Assembly: GCA_964342815.1 (NCBI GenBank)
Contig: CAYFHS010000006.1
Span: 32,001-96,000, forward strand
Origin: an uncultured archaeon
Lineage (GTDB): Archaea; Thermoplasmatota; Penumbrarchaeia; JASLWR01
DNA length: 64,000 nucleotides
Direction of reading: 5' to 3'
A program made the translations under genes and the position numbers. The notes beneath the pieces were generated by a model. That model saw only the letters and a program-made list of their open reading frames with translations. It searched no databases and was not told the origin of the DNA. Shown here piece by piece: positions 55,763-64,000 of the stretch (positions are counted from its first letter, which is position 1; every line of letters starts with the position of its first letter).

Positions 55763-57259
55763 ATGTGGACCAAGAAAGCGGTATTGTTGCTGTGTACGGG
55801 GATAGGTCTAGTACTTCTGGGGTTGATATTTCGGAACCTACTCCTCCTTGGGATCAGTATAGTACTGTTAGTATACTTGGGAATAAGCATCTTCATCAAC
55901 CTGAATATGATGGTGCGTCCGAACAGACAGATGTCCAATGAAAGGATCTTTGAGGACGGGATGATAAAGACCGAACTGCAATTGGTCCGACCAAAATCCC
56001 TTCAGATAATCGCCCCTGTCGTTGGTGGGGGAGTTGTTGGCCTTGTGCTTTCGCTCCCCCTCGGTTTCTGGCTTTGGGGATTTGAGAGTCTTGGCAACGG
56101 AGCGGGTTTCCTCGCTCTTTCGACCCTCCTGATCGGTGCGGTTACCGGAGCTCTAATTGGATATTTTTCCTCGAAAGGGGGGATTGTGGAGGTGCGGGAT
56201 ACTCTGCCAAAACAGGTTGAGCTTAGAAGGGGAAGCAATTATACATACCTCGATCTCAAACCCAAGGGAAAAACCCGGTTGAGATATGCGATTCGCTGCC
56301 CCCTGAAAGGAGTTTACAAACTAGGTCCGGTATCCATTAGATCGCATGATCCTTTCTATCTGTTCTACAGTGAGGTCAACATAAACTACACTTCAAGGCT
56401 CACCGTATTCCCGCAGACGAGAGAAATAAAGGAACTGCGTCTTAAGTCCAGGCAGCCCAAGATGTACCCCGGCGAGATGCGCGTGAAAATGCCGGGCCCG
56501 GGATATGAGTTCTGGGGCATCAGGGATTATGTACCTGGAGATTCCTTCAAAATGATAAACTGGAAGGCATTTGCTTCCACAGGGAGGCTTCTGGTCAACG
56601 AGAAGGAAAGAGAGAGCGTTTCCGATATCACCATCGTCTACGATGCAAGGGAGGTCTCAGGTATCGGGATGGAGTCCGATAATGCCAATATATATGGTGC
56701 TAGAGCGGCTGCTACATTGACCCAGTATTTCCTTGGGCGCCGCGATTCCGTGTGCCTGGTGGTATACAGCGACAAGGTCATGACAATCAAGAAAGGTGGC
56801 GGTCAGAAACAGTTATACGAGATATTGACGGCCTTGGCCGGTGCATCCCCCAAGGGGGATATACCGCTGCAGGGAATCGTTGAGGTCGCACTTCCCTATC
56901 TACCTCGAATGTCTCCTGTCATTGTCATTTCCTCATTGGATGATGACGACTCTCTGAGAAAAGCGGTCAGTATGATGCGTGTCCTCGAGTTCGATGTAAC
57001 CATATTATCTCCTTCTACCATAGATTTTGAACTTCTGGCAAAGGAAAAAGGCGCCGTTCAGGAAGGCTCAAGCATACTGGGAACCAAGAAGATACTGCAG
57101 TTCGATCCACTTGCATATGATGTTTTACGTCTCGAGCGGGATATTCTTCTGAAAGAGATGAGAGGATACGGTATTAACGTCGTTGACTGGAAACCACAGA
57201 CACCTCTACAGCAGGTACTGTTAAGGGCAAGATCCATTTCAGGAATACGGGGGGATTAA
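55763..57259 (+). CDS. DUF58 (vWA-like) MoxR partner protein
   Basis: N-terminal TMs; GVYKLGPV...DPF, GYEFWGIRDYVPGDSFKMINWKAFA, IVYD. Confidence 0.9.
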   Translation: MWTKKAVLLLCTGIGLVLLGLIFRNLLLLGISIVLLVYLGISIFINLNMMVRPNRQMSNERIFEDGMIKTELQLVRPKSLQIIAPVVGGGVVGLVLSLPLGFWLWGFESLGNGAGFLALSTLLIGAVTGALIGYFSSKGGIVEVRDTLPKQVELRRGSNYTYLDLKPKGKTRLRYAIRCPLKGVYKLGPVSIRSHDPFYLFYSEVNINYTSRLTVFPQTREIKELRLKSRQPKMYPGEMRVKMPGPGYEFWGIRDYVPGDSFKMINWKAFASTGRLLVNEKERESVSDITIVYDAREVSGIGMESDNANIYGARAAATLTQYFLGRRDSVCLVVYSDKVMTIKKGGGQKQLYEILTALAGASPKGDIPLQGIVEVALPYLPRMSPVIVISSLDDDDSLRKAVSMMRVLEFDVTILSPSTIDFELLAKEKGAVQEGSSILGTKKILQFDPLAYDVLRLERDILLKEMRGYGINVVDWKPQTPLQQVLLRARSISGIRGD

Positions 57260-57261
57260 AT

Positions 57262-58077
57262 ATGGCAAACGAAGTAGCCCGACCTCAAATGTCCATCGAT
57301 GCAACGAAGTCAGCATATTTGATCATATTACTGCAGATATTCGGTACCATCGTCCTGTTTACCGGAGGTTTTTTCCTGTACCAGATTATCAATGCCGGGG
57401 AAACTTCCCAAACACTGCAGCTGATGGGTTTCATTTTTCTTGGCATCGCTGTCATATTGGGACTTGTAGGATTGTGGGGTAGCCTGCCTTTCGAAATAAT
57501 CGAACTGTCCGATTTGGAGATAGTACCAAGCCTAAACAATCTGATGGTAATGTCCACAGCCCTGTTCTTCATACTGGCATCCATAGTTGGTATCTGGGGT
57601 AGCAGGATGTATACCGACGTCGGTAAACTTGGAAGCTGGGATCTCTTTGCGGTTCTTTTGTTCTCTTTCTGCGTGGTGACATATGTCGAATTGGCTTCCA
57701 CCTCGAACCATTTCTATTCGGTAAAGAAATTCGCCAAGAAACACAACCTGAAAAAGGAGAACCTCAATCTGAACGTTCTTTCCGGCAAGTACCTTGTATG
57801 GTTCTTCGTGCTATTCACCATCATATTTATTTATTCCTGGTTCGTATTGGACCTCCAGAATGTAATAATTGCGATGATGGGCGACGGTTATGTAATATCT
57901 CCAATAACAATAGAAGGACTTTCACATCAGTTCGCAAATTCTCTCATATTGAACTCTATCTACGGTGTCGCTCTTTCCATGGCCATTGTTTTCATACCCT
58001 TTACAATATTCATTCTGCTGATTTTCGGCGGGAAGGAAAAGGAAGATGAAGGGTTCGAAAGCGACGATATGATGTGA
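57262..58077 (+). CDS. Hypothetical polytopic membrane protein
   Basis: 271 aa with six to seven hydrophobic segments; 2 bp after the DUF58 stop. Confidence 0.75.
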   Translation: MANEVARPQMSIDATKSAYLIILLQIFGTIVLFTGGFFLYQIINAGETSQTLQLMGFIFLGIAVILGLVGLWGSLPFEIIELSDLEIVPSLNNLMVMSTALFFILASIVGIWGSRMYTDVGKLGSWDLFAVLLFSFCVVTYVELASTSNHFYSVKKFAKKHNLKKENLNLNVLSGKYLVWFFVLFTIIFIYSWFVLDLQNVIIAMMGDGYVISPITIEGLSHQFANSLILNSIYGVALSMAIVFIPFTIFILLIFGGKEKEDEGFESDDMM

Positions 58078-58103
58078 TTTCTTTTTTTTCTTTTCTTTTT
58101 TTT
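58078..58103 (+). terminator. Oligo-T terminator
   Basis: tttcttttttttcttttctttttttt immediately after the stop. Confidence 0.7.
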
Positions 58104-58165
58104 ATAATTCCAGTATAAGCTCTATTTCAATATATATTGCGGGGATTTGGAATTAATTATATTCA

Positions 58166-58310
58166 GCGGAATCGGCCCTTCGGGCTCCCACTTTGTTCCG
58201 GAGACACCCTTCTGGCGCTCCTGAGCCCTCGGCAAGAATGCCTACGGCCCCCGATTCCGCGAACTATGACAGGTAACACCTGTCATGCCAGACGAGCCGT
58301 CAGGGTCGTC
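58166..58310 (-). repeat. Intergenic palindromic element with GTA-[hairpin]-GA motif (minus strand)
   Basis: 10-bp inverted repeat gcggaatcgg/ccgattccgc (58166-75/58251-60) enclosing tc-ggca-agaa-tgcc-tac; perfect 9-bp stem atgacaggt/acctgtcat (58266-86). Confidence 0.65.
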
Positions 58311-58437
58311 GAGGATTGTCAAGCTGCAAACGTCGACTTTTTGTCGAGATTTTCACCATTGACAATATATACCAAAAAGGGGATATTAATAAGGTATAGC
58401 AAAATAACTAAGCATGGATTAAGAAGGGATTGAAAGG

Positions 58438-60147
58438 ATGTTCACAACTCGTAGGATAATTGGCCGGAAAGGTAATATGCCGGTTATTTCGTTTACAGCA
58501 ACCTTTATTATTATCCTACTTTCAATAGCTTCTTTTACCGGTATGATTCTTCTAACTGCCTATGGGGCTCAAGAGGGCGAGACGCGACTTGTCTGGACGG
58601 GAGAAGATGGTTACCATACCGATGGTCTAGAACCGGATTCAGGCCTGACGACCGATACTTTTGAATTCAGGGTCATGTACCTGGATGATCTGGGCGATGA
58701 TCCTTTGGATGAACTGGCCGGACATTACATTCATCTGGTATTGGATGACGATGCTTATGATTTGACAACGGTTGATAATGAGTATTCCGACGGATCCATA
58801 TTCAACATAAGCATGAAGGGACTTGAACCGAGACAGTACAAATACTACTTTAAGCTCAAGGTGCGGGATACGACCTATCGGCTGCCGACATCGGGGTATT
58901 TAGATGCTCCTTACGTTAATTCCAACCCAACATTAAGAACCGTATCGGGCGTGGAGCATGAGACTACGGTATACCCGGAGATGGGGAATACCACCGACCT
59001 CTTTAATTTCCAGATATTATATTCCGACCCCGACAATCATCCTCCCGATGCCGGCCCTTTTTCAAGAGGAGTATATATCGACAATGTGTTTTATGAGATG
59101 AGCCGTGTACCCGGTGGTGGAAAGTACGGTAACGGAGTATTCACCGATGGTGAACTGTATCTGTTCACAACAAATCTAAAAAAGGGTGAACATAGGTATT
59201 ATTTCCAGTTCACAGATGAAAAGGGAGGGGTTGCCACCAGCGAATTATTTATGGGTCCAACTGTAATAACAGGTTTTCCAGACCTGATGGTGAAAATGGA
59301 CGGAGCGGTTCCGGATATAGCTTGGGAGTTGCCCTCCAGCGATCCGAAAGATTGGGATGCTGTTACCATAACGGCGGCAGTAGAGAATGATGGGGGATCC
59401 GATATCCCAGTGAACGAAAGCTTCATTGTTGACCTTGAGGTATATTATGTAGATCCCCGCACCGGAGATGCCGTACTCGAGGAGAGCTGGGTATTTCCCG
59501 AAACCGGCTTGGCCGTTGGTAAGGAACACATCATTAGCACAGAATACAATCCCATCTCCGTGGGAGTGTACGAAGTACGGATAATTGTTGACATGGATAA
59601 CGATATCAGGGAACTCGTTGAATTTCAAGGGAATCTTTCCCCTTCAAATAACTTTGCGAAGGTCCGCTTCAAAGTCGGGCCCGATCTTTCGATATCTCAC
59701 AGCGACATAATGCCCATATCCGCCTTTAACAGGGATGATCTGATATCATCCGTCACAATACGCAATACTGGACCCACCGATGCGGTGCTCGGTGACGACC
59801 TTACAGTGGTGTTCAAACTTGGAGATATAATCGAGCGAAGTATTATTCCCAAGGACACAAAGATAGCTGCGGGGAAAGTATACAAGATTGGTGCGGGATT
59901 CTATATTTCAACAGATAAAACCGATGCGAACATTTCGATCTCGGTTGACCCTGATGGAGTTCTCAAAGAAGCAATAAATCGAGAAAGTCTATATGATAAC
60001 AACAATGCGGATTCTCAAATAAAGGTGGTGACGAGAAAAAACCGGACCGTGGCGCCTTCCTTTCAACCGCCTATGCTGCTGCTTATTTCGGTTCTTGCAG
60101 CATTATCCCTTTTAACATGCAAGGATTCTAAAAAGGATCCCTATTGA
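58438..60147 (+). CDS. Secreted surface protein with two CARDB-like domains and C-terminal membrane anchor
   Basis: Two PxxGxTxDxFxFxVxY modules; FPDL...ITAAVENDG...IVDMDNDIRE...NN and GPDL...VTIRNTG...VDPDG...DNN CARDB patterns; APSF-TM-basic tail. Confidence 0.75.
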   Translation: MFTTRRIIGRKGNMPVISFTATFIIILLSIASFTGMILLTAYGAQEGETRLVWTGEDGYHTDGLEPDSGLTTDTFEFRVMYLDDLGDDPLDELAGHYIHLVLDDDAYDLTTVDNEYSDGSIFNISMKGLEPRQYKYYFKLKVRDTTYRLPTSGYLDAPYVNSNPTLRTVSGVEHETTVYPEMGNTTDLFNFQILYSDPDNHPPDAGPFSRGVYIDNVFYEMSRVPGGGKYGNGVFTDGELYLFTTNLKKGEHRYYFQFTDEKGGVATSELFMGPTVITGFPDLMVKMDGAVPDIAWELPSSDPKDWDAVTITAAVENDGGSDIPVNESFIVDLEVYYVDPRTGDAVLEESWVFPETGLAVGKEHIISTEYNPISVGVYEVRIIVDMDNDIRELVEFQGNLSPSNNFAKVRFKVGPDLSISHSDIMPISAFNRDDLISSVTIRNTGPTDAVLGDDLTVVFKLGDIIERSIIPKDTKIAAGKVYKIGAGFYISTDKTDANISISVDPDGVLKEAINRESLYDNNNADSQIKVVTRKNRTVAPSFQPPMLLLISVLAALSLLTCKDSKKDPY

Positions 60148-60198
60148 GCAATTATTTTAATACCAAAAGTCCAAATTCCTATCTTGGGATGTATTTTT

Positions 60199-60843
60199 AT
60201 GAAAATTCTAGTCGTCAGTGATATTCACGGCAGCAGGAAAGCCGTGGAGATGATCAGGGGGAAGATCGAGAAATTGGGGCCGGACCTTACGGTGGTGTGC
60301 GGTGATATTACACATTTTGGAACTCCTGATGAGGCCCGTTTGACAATTGATTCCTTTTCAGGTCTGGTACTTGCGGTTCCGGGTAACTGCGACCCTCCGG
60401 GGATCGAGGACGGTGTGGCCGATAGTCACGGAGTTGACCTGCACGGAAAGACGTATGAGCTGGACGGAATAATATTCGCGGGATTCGGCGGGGCAAGAAA
60501 GATGTTCGGTACCGCCCGAGAATACGATGAAGAATTTATCGGTGAGAACATAAGACGTATCTTACCGGGTGCGGATGTACTTATTGTTCATGGACCGCCC
60601 TACGGAATCAACGATCTATCCCAAAGTGGTCATGCCGGATCACGCGAGTTACTTGATGCAGTTCAAGCCTACAAGCCACTGCTGGTGCTGTCCGGTCATA
60701 TCCATGAGTGTCAAGGTATCGTCCGGGAAGACGGTATCACTTATATCAATCCCGGGGCTGCCAGAGACGGAAGATTCGCTTTTCTAGAGATAGACGAGGC
60801 AGCTCACAAGATCAGAGATGGGTCTATAGAGATGGTAGATTAA
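60199..60843 (+). CDS. Calcineurin-like metallophosphoesterase (Icc/COG2129-like)
   Basis: SDIHG, GDIT, GNCD, HGPP, GHIHE; start MKILVV at 60199 (ORF track 60184). Confidence 0.9.
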   Translation: MKILVVSDIHGSRKAVEMIRGKIEKLGPDLTVVCGDITHFGTPDEARLTIDSFSGLVLAVPGNCDPPGIEDGVADSHGVDLHGKTYELDGIIFAGFGGARKMFGTAREYDEEFIGENIRRILPGADVLIVHGPPYGINDLSQSGHAGSRELLDAVQAYKPLLVLSGHIHECQGIVREDGITYINPGAARDGRFAFLEIDEAAHKIRDGSIEMVD

Positions 60844-60845
60844 GC

Positions 60846-61394
60846 TCAATCATAAAGATATTTGAAGATCCGGGGATTCTTTTCCATTATCTCCTCTTTG
60901 GTTAGCCCTTCCAATTCGTGGGGAAAAACAAGCCAGTTATCGTTTGTACAAGCGTAATAATCGGGAGTTATGTCGGTTTGGTTTCTCGAGGGTTTGTAAT
61001 AAACCGTAGCAACCCGGATCTCAGGTGCGTTCTTCCTGGCCTTTGCCTTAATGACCCTTATAACCTCCACCATGGTCTTCCCAGTGTCGAAAACGTCGTC
61101 GATCAAAAGCATACGGTCCTCGCTGTTCACTCGGTCAATAACATGATCGATACCCTTAATCTCCACCGGGCCGGTGCTCATAATACCGGTATATGATTGG
61201 GTCTTGATTGAAGTATGGTAGGGTTTTATCCCCTTGTAGACCAGAAATTCATGGATCACTATTCCCGGAGGAGTGCCGCCTCTCCAGATACCTATCAGGA
61301 AATTTGGGTAGTATCCGTCATCCCAGATCATTTTGGCCAGTTCGAAGGATTTCTCCTGTAGTTCATTTGCCGAGATATACACCTTTTTTATCAT
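60846..61394 (-). CDS. Type I phosphoribosyltransferase (probable purine salvage)
   Basis: GIWRGG, PRPP-binding LLIDDVFDTGKT, ATVYYKP, PDYY, WLVFPHE. Confidence 0.88.
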   Translation of the reverse strand: MIKKVYISANELQEKSFELAKMIWDDGYYPNFLIGIWRGGTPPGIVIHEFLVYKGIKPYHTSIKTQSYTGIMSTGPVEIKGIDHVIDRVNSEDRMLLIDDVFDTGKTMVEVIRVIKAKARKNAPEIRVATVYYKPSRNQTDITPDYYACTNDNWLVFPHELEGLTKEEIMEKNPRIFKYLYD

Positions 61395-61409
61395 ATGCTC
61401 CCCTTGTAT

Positions 61410-61438
61410 ATTGTCAAAAGTGATTCACTTTTGATAAT
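61410..61438. promoter_or_regulatory. Near-perfect 29-bp palindrome (TTGTCAA-N13-TTGATAA)
   Basis: attgtcaaaagtga-t-tcacttttgataat, 14-bp arms with one mismatch, 16 bp upstream of the PRTase start. Confidence 0.5.
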
Positions 61439-61481
61439 GTTCGCGGAATGAGAGCTTCGCGGGAACCTTATTCCGCAGAAC
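61439..61481. repeat. Hairpin with GCGGAAT/ATTCCGC arms
   Basis: gcggaatgag/cttattccgc stem (one G-U) closed by gttc/gaac; shares termini with the 58166 element. Confidence 0.5.
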
Positions 61482-61544
61482 ACACATATTATGACTATAG
61501 TGTTATTGGAGTATGACTGTATTATTATTGGTCTTACATAAAAA

Positions 61545-62648
61545 TTATCTTCGTATTACTACCGATAATATATCCTTGTCCTTCAAAATATGGAATAGAC
61601 CCACCTTTTGACCCGGAAACTTCGCGCTGGGACCCCATATACGGGCATATCGAAAGTTATGCACGAAATCTCTGTGAATGTTGTTGCAGATCGATTCCAC
61701 GTCGGTTCCCATTTTCACCACCATTGGCTCCTCAAGATCCGCTTTTTCCCCCTGTGGTTTAAGGAAAACCCTCATAAATCGCAGGGTATCGAAAATACGG
61801 TCCTTGATCTCCTCTATCCCCTGGTTCTTACCAACGGCAATGGGTAGCGGATTGTAGGACCTGTATTTCGCTATGATCTTGGCAACAATTTCGGATTCGG
61901 CCAGGTCTACCTTGTTTATGAAAAGTAATGTCGGGAGATATTTCACACCACCGGTCAGGCTGTCAATCAACTGGTAAGGTTTGATACGACTTCGTACAAC
62001 CACGGTGGCATTGACGTAACCATAGGTTCTCACCATGTCACGTATCAGCTCTTCGGTCATAAAAGGCTGGTGACAGGTGGAGGCAACTTCGATTCCCCCT
62101 GCGTCGTTAACAGTGATGTGTATGTTCGGAGGAGATTCATTGAGTCTAATCTTTGAATCCCTCAGTTCCCTGATCAATAGGTCCAGGTCAGGGGAGAACA
62201 CGTCGAGCATCAGGATAATGAGATCACTACTCCTTGCCGCGCTTATGACCTGTCGGCCTCGTCCCTTTCCCTTTGACGCTCCCTCGATGAGTCCCGGTAG
62301 GTCGAGAACCTGTATGTTCGCGCCCCGGTGATGAAGGGTACCCGGGACCACATCCAAGGTAGTGAAATTGTACGAACCCACCTCACTCTCCGCATCCGTG
62401 ATACAGTTGAGCATGGTGGACTTTCCCACCGATGGGAATCCAACGATGGAAACCGTTGCATTTCCGCTCTTCTTTACCTCATAACCACCTCCTCCCTTTC
62501 CACCGGCGGAACGGTTTCTCTCGAGATCTTCTTTAAGCTTTGCCACCTTCGCCTTGAGCTTCCCTACGTGGTGTTGGGTGGCTTTGTTGTATTTTGTATT
62601 TCGGATCTCTTCTTCAAGCAGATCGATCTGCTCCTTGATGGTCGCCAT
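61545..62648 (-). CDS. DRG/OBG-family GTPase with C-terminal TGS domain
   Basis: KNTKYNKAT-like TKYNKATQHH, GFPSVGKST, YNFTT, DLPG, NKVD, ARIWG...QKVGLFHILKDKDI. Confidence 0.95.
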   Translation of the reverse strand: MATIKEQIDLLEEEIRNTKYNKATQHHVGKLKAKVAKLKEDLERNRSAGGKGGGGYEVKKSGNATVSIVGFPSVGKSTMLNCITDAESEVGSYNFTTLDVVPGTLHHRGANIQVLDLPGLIEGASKGKGRGRQVISAARSSDLIILMLDVFSPDLDLLIRELRDSKIRLNESPPNIHITVNDAGGIEVASTCHQPFMTEELIRDMVRTYGYVNATVVVRSRIKPYQLIDSLTGGVKYLPTLLFINKVDLAESEIVAKIIAKYRSYNPLPIAVGKNQGIEEIKDRIFDTLRFMRVFLKPQGEKADLEEPMVVKMGTDVESICNNIHRDFVHNFRYARIWGPSAKFPGQKVGLFHILKDKDILSVVIRR

Positions 62649-62760
62649 TGGGGTCCGAGAGCGTCATTGGATTATATTTGTTTTTTCCACTCAGCCGTCT
62701 GTGACCAAACGGAAGCCAATTTTTATATTTATTTACTCCCTTACACGCCCCGGTGCATGC

Positions 62761-64000
62761 TTGCTAGCGAGGAAGACCCTGCTGATCATTGCGAATAACG
62801 TCGCAGGCGGAATATTGGGATACATCATCCTGTTCGTCATTGCCAGGTACATGATTAACGCCGATTACACATACGGAGTTGTAGCCTTCGGTCTAGCAAC
62901 TCTCGGCTTGTTCATGTTCATTCTAAATCCAGGTACCAATACGGCCCATATAAAGAAGGTGTCCGAGGGAAAAGATGTTGGGACCTGTATCGGTACTTAC
63001 CTGGCAATGAAGGTTGTGTTAACAGCTTTCTTTCTATTTGTGGTACTGGTTGGAATATTCAGCTGGAAACATGTATTTAATCAGGGGTTTGAGTCCAACA
63101 AGATAGAAGTGGCCATATACATCCTTCTCTTTAACTACGTGCTTACCTCCTTCAACGGTGTCTTCGTTGCCACGTATGAGGCAAGAAAGGAGATTGCAAA
63201 GGCTCAACTGGGAATGCTGATGTCCACTCTATCAAGACTGGCGGCCGTCCTGATAATCGTGTACTTCCAGATGGGTGTATACGGTCTTGCTTGGACTTGG
63301 AACATCAGTATGATGGCATACTTTTTTGTGTCCATATTGATGTTCAGGGGTTACAGGATAAAACGCCCATCCTGGACACTTGCCAAGGATTATATAAAAT
63401 TCGCCTTTCCAATTATGTTCATTACCATCGCATTCGTTCTGGTAGTCACAACTGACAGGGTAATGCTGGGTTATTTCTGGAAACCGGAAGACGTGGGTCA
63501 CTATTTTGCAGCATGGCGCATAACAGTCTTCATCATAATGTTCGGAGTTGCTGTGCAGAAACTAGTATTCCCCACTATATCGGAATACCATACGGAAAAC
63601 AAGGAGGGCCACATTCAAAACCTTAGCTGGGTAGCCGAGAAATATATTGGCCTTTTCATCATACCCATCTGTTTTTTTATGGCTGTGTTTCCAAGTGACG
63701 TGATCCATATTATGACCAGCGATGACTTTCTTCCGGCAGCACCCATACTCCGTATTTTTGCCATTTACTCATTACTTATCGCACTCAATACTCCATATGC
63801 GTCCCAGTTTGCTGGAACTAACCGGCCCCGAATGGCGGCCCTGTTGGGAATCCCCGCCGCCTTTTTGAATATATTATTGAACCTCATTTTAATACCTGCA
63901 TCCCTATTTGGAATCCCACTTGCAGGTCTTAAAGGCGTGGGTGCGGCACTGGGAACTCTCATATCCACAACCATTTATGTCGTTGTATCCCGTATAGTAA
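62761..64000 (+). CDS. Polysaccharide/oligosaccharide flippase (Wzx/RfbX, MOP superfamily), 3'-truncated; absent from the supplied ORF track
   Basis: Open frame from TTG 62761 to the window end: MLARKTLLIIANNVAGGILGYIILFVIARY...DYIKFAFPI...TDRVMLGYFW...VGHYFAAWRI...FPTISEY...NIILNLILIP...GAALGT. Confidence 0.9.
   Translation, partial: MLARKTLLIIANNVAGGILGYIILFVIARYMINADYTYGVVAFGLATLGLFMFILNPGTNTAHIKKVSEGKDVGTCIGTYLAMKVVLTAFFLFVVLVGIFSWKHVFNQGFESNKIEVAIYILLFNYVLTSFNGVFVATYEARKEIAKAQLGMLMSTLSRLAAVLIIVYFQMGVYGLAWTWNISMMAYFFVSILMFRGYRIKRPSWTLAKDYIKFAFPIMFITIAFVLVVTTDRVMLGYFWKPEDVGHYFAAWRITVFIIMFGVAVQKLVFPTISEYHTENKEGHIQNLSWVAEKYIGLFIIPICFFMAVFPSDVIHIMTSDDFLPAAPILRIFAIYSLLIALNTPYASQFAGTNRPRMAALLGIPAAFLNILLNLILIPASLFGIPLAGLKGVGAALGTLISTTIYVVVSRIV

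Overview
Archaeal chromosomal window, most likely an uncultured Thermoplasmatota. This is an inference from membrane-anchored LonB, TrmY, a COG2108-like radical SAM protein, SEC11-type S26 peptidase, DRG GTPase, GGTGA/GAGGT ribosome-binding sites, oligo-T terminators, and giant single-pass surface proteins with Zn-ribbon or acidic tails. I found no rRNA, tRNA, CRISPR array, integrase, transposase or reverse transcriptase. Contents from left to right: two MacB/FtsX-type ABC exporter clusters; a GLUG/cadherin surface protein; a wHTH regulator; an S26 peptidase; a Hanks kinase-coiled coil-FGE fusion; a minus-strand reductive pyrimidine catabolism operon; a SIRT6-like sirtuin; a low-GC PD-(D/E)xK nuclease gene; two tandem paralogous ~1700-aa surface proteins followed by a prokaryotic RING protein; MscS; acyl-CoA dehydrogenase; LonB; a beta-propeller/PKD surface protein; radical SAM plus trmY; a DUF4129-DUF4350-MoxR-DUF58-membrane protein module; a CARDB protein; a metallophosphoesterase; a PRTase; DRG; and a truncated flippase. 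The pyrimidine operon has a ureidopropionase, class III aminotransferase, preT, preA and a SauS-like acylating aldehyde dehydrogenase, lacks a dihydropyrimidinase, and carries a 3x65-bp structured tandem repeat. The strongest leads are: (i) a family of intergenic palindromic elements with unrelated primary sequence that share a GTA-[hairpin]-GA internal-loop motif; (ii) the extended pyrimidine pathway with its repeat; (iii) the eukaryote-type class IV sirtuin; (iv) an ABC ATPase carrying an RNAP alpha-CTD-like domain; (v) the paralogous receptor-like pair with a shared C-terminal peptide and a coupled RING gene. All family assignments come from motif recognition by eye; no database search was run.
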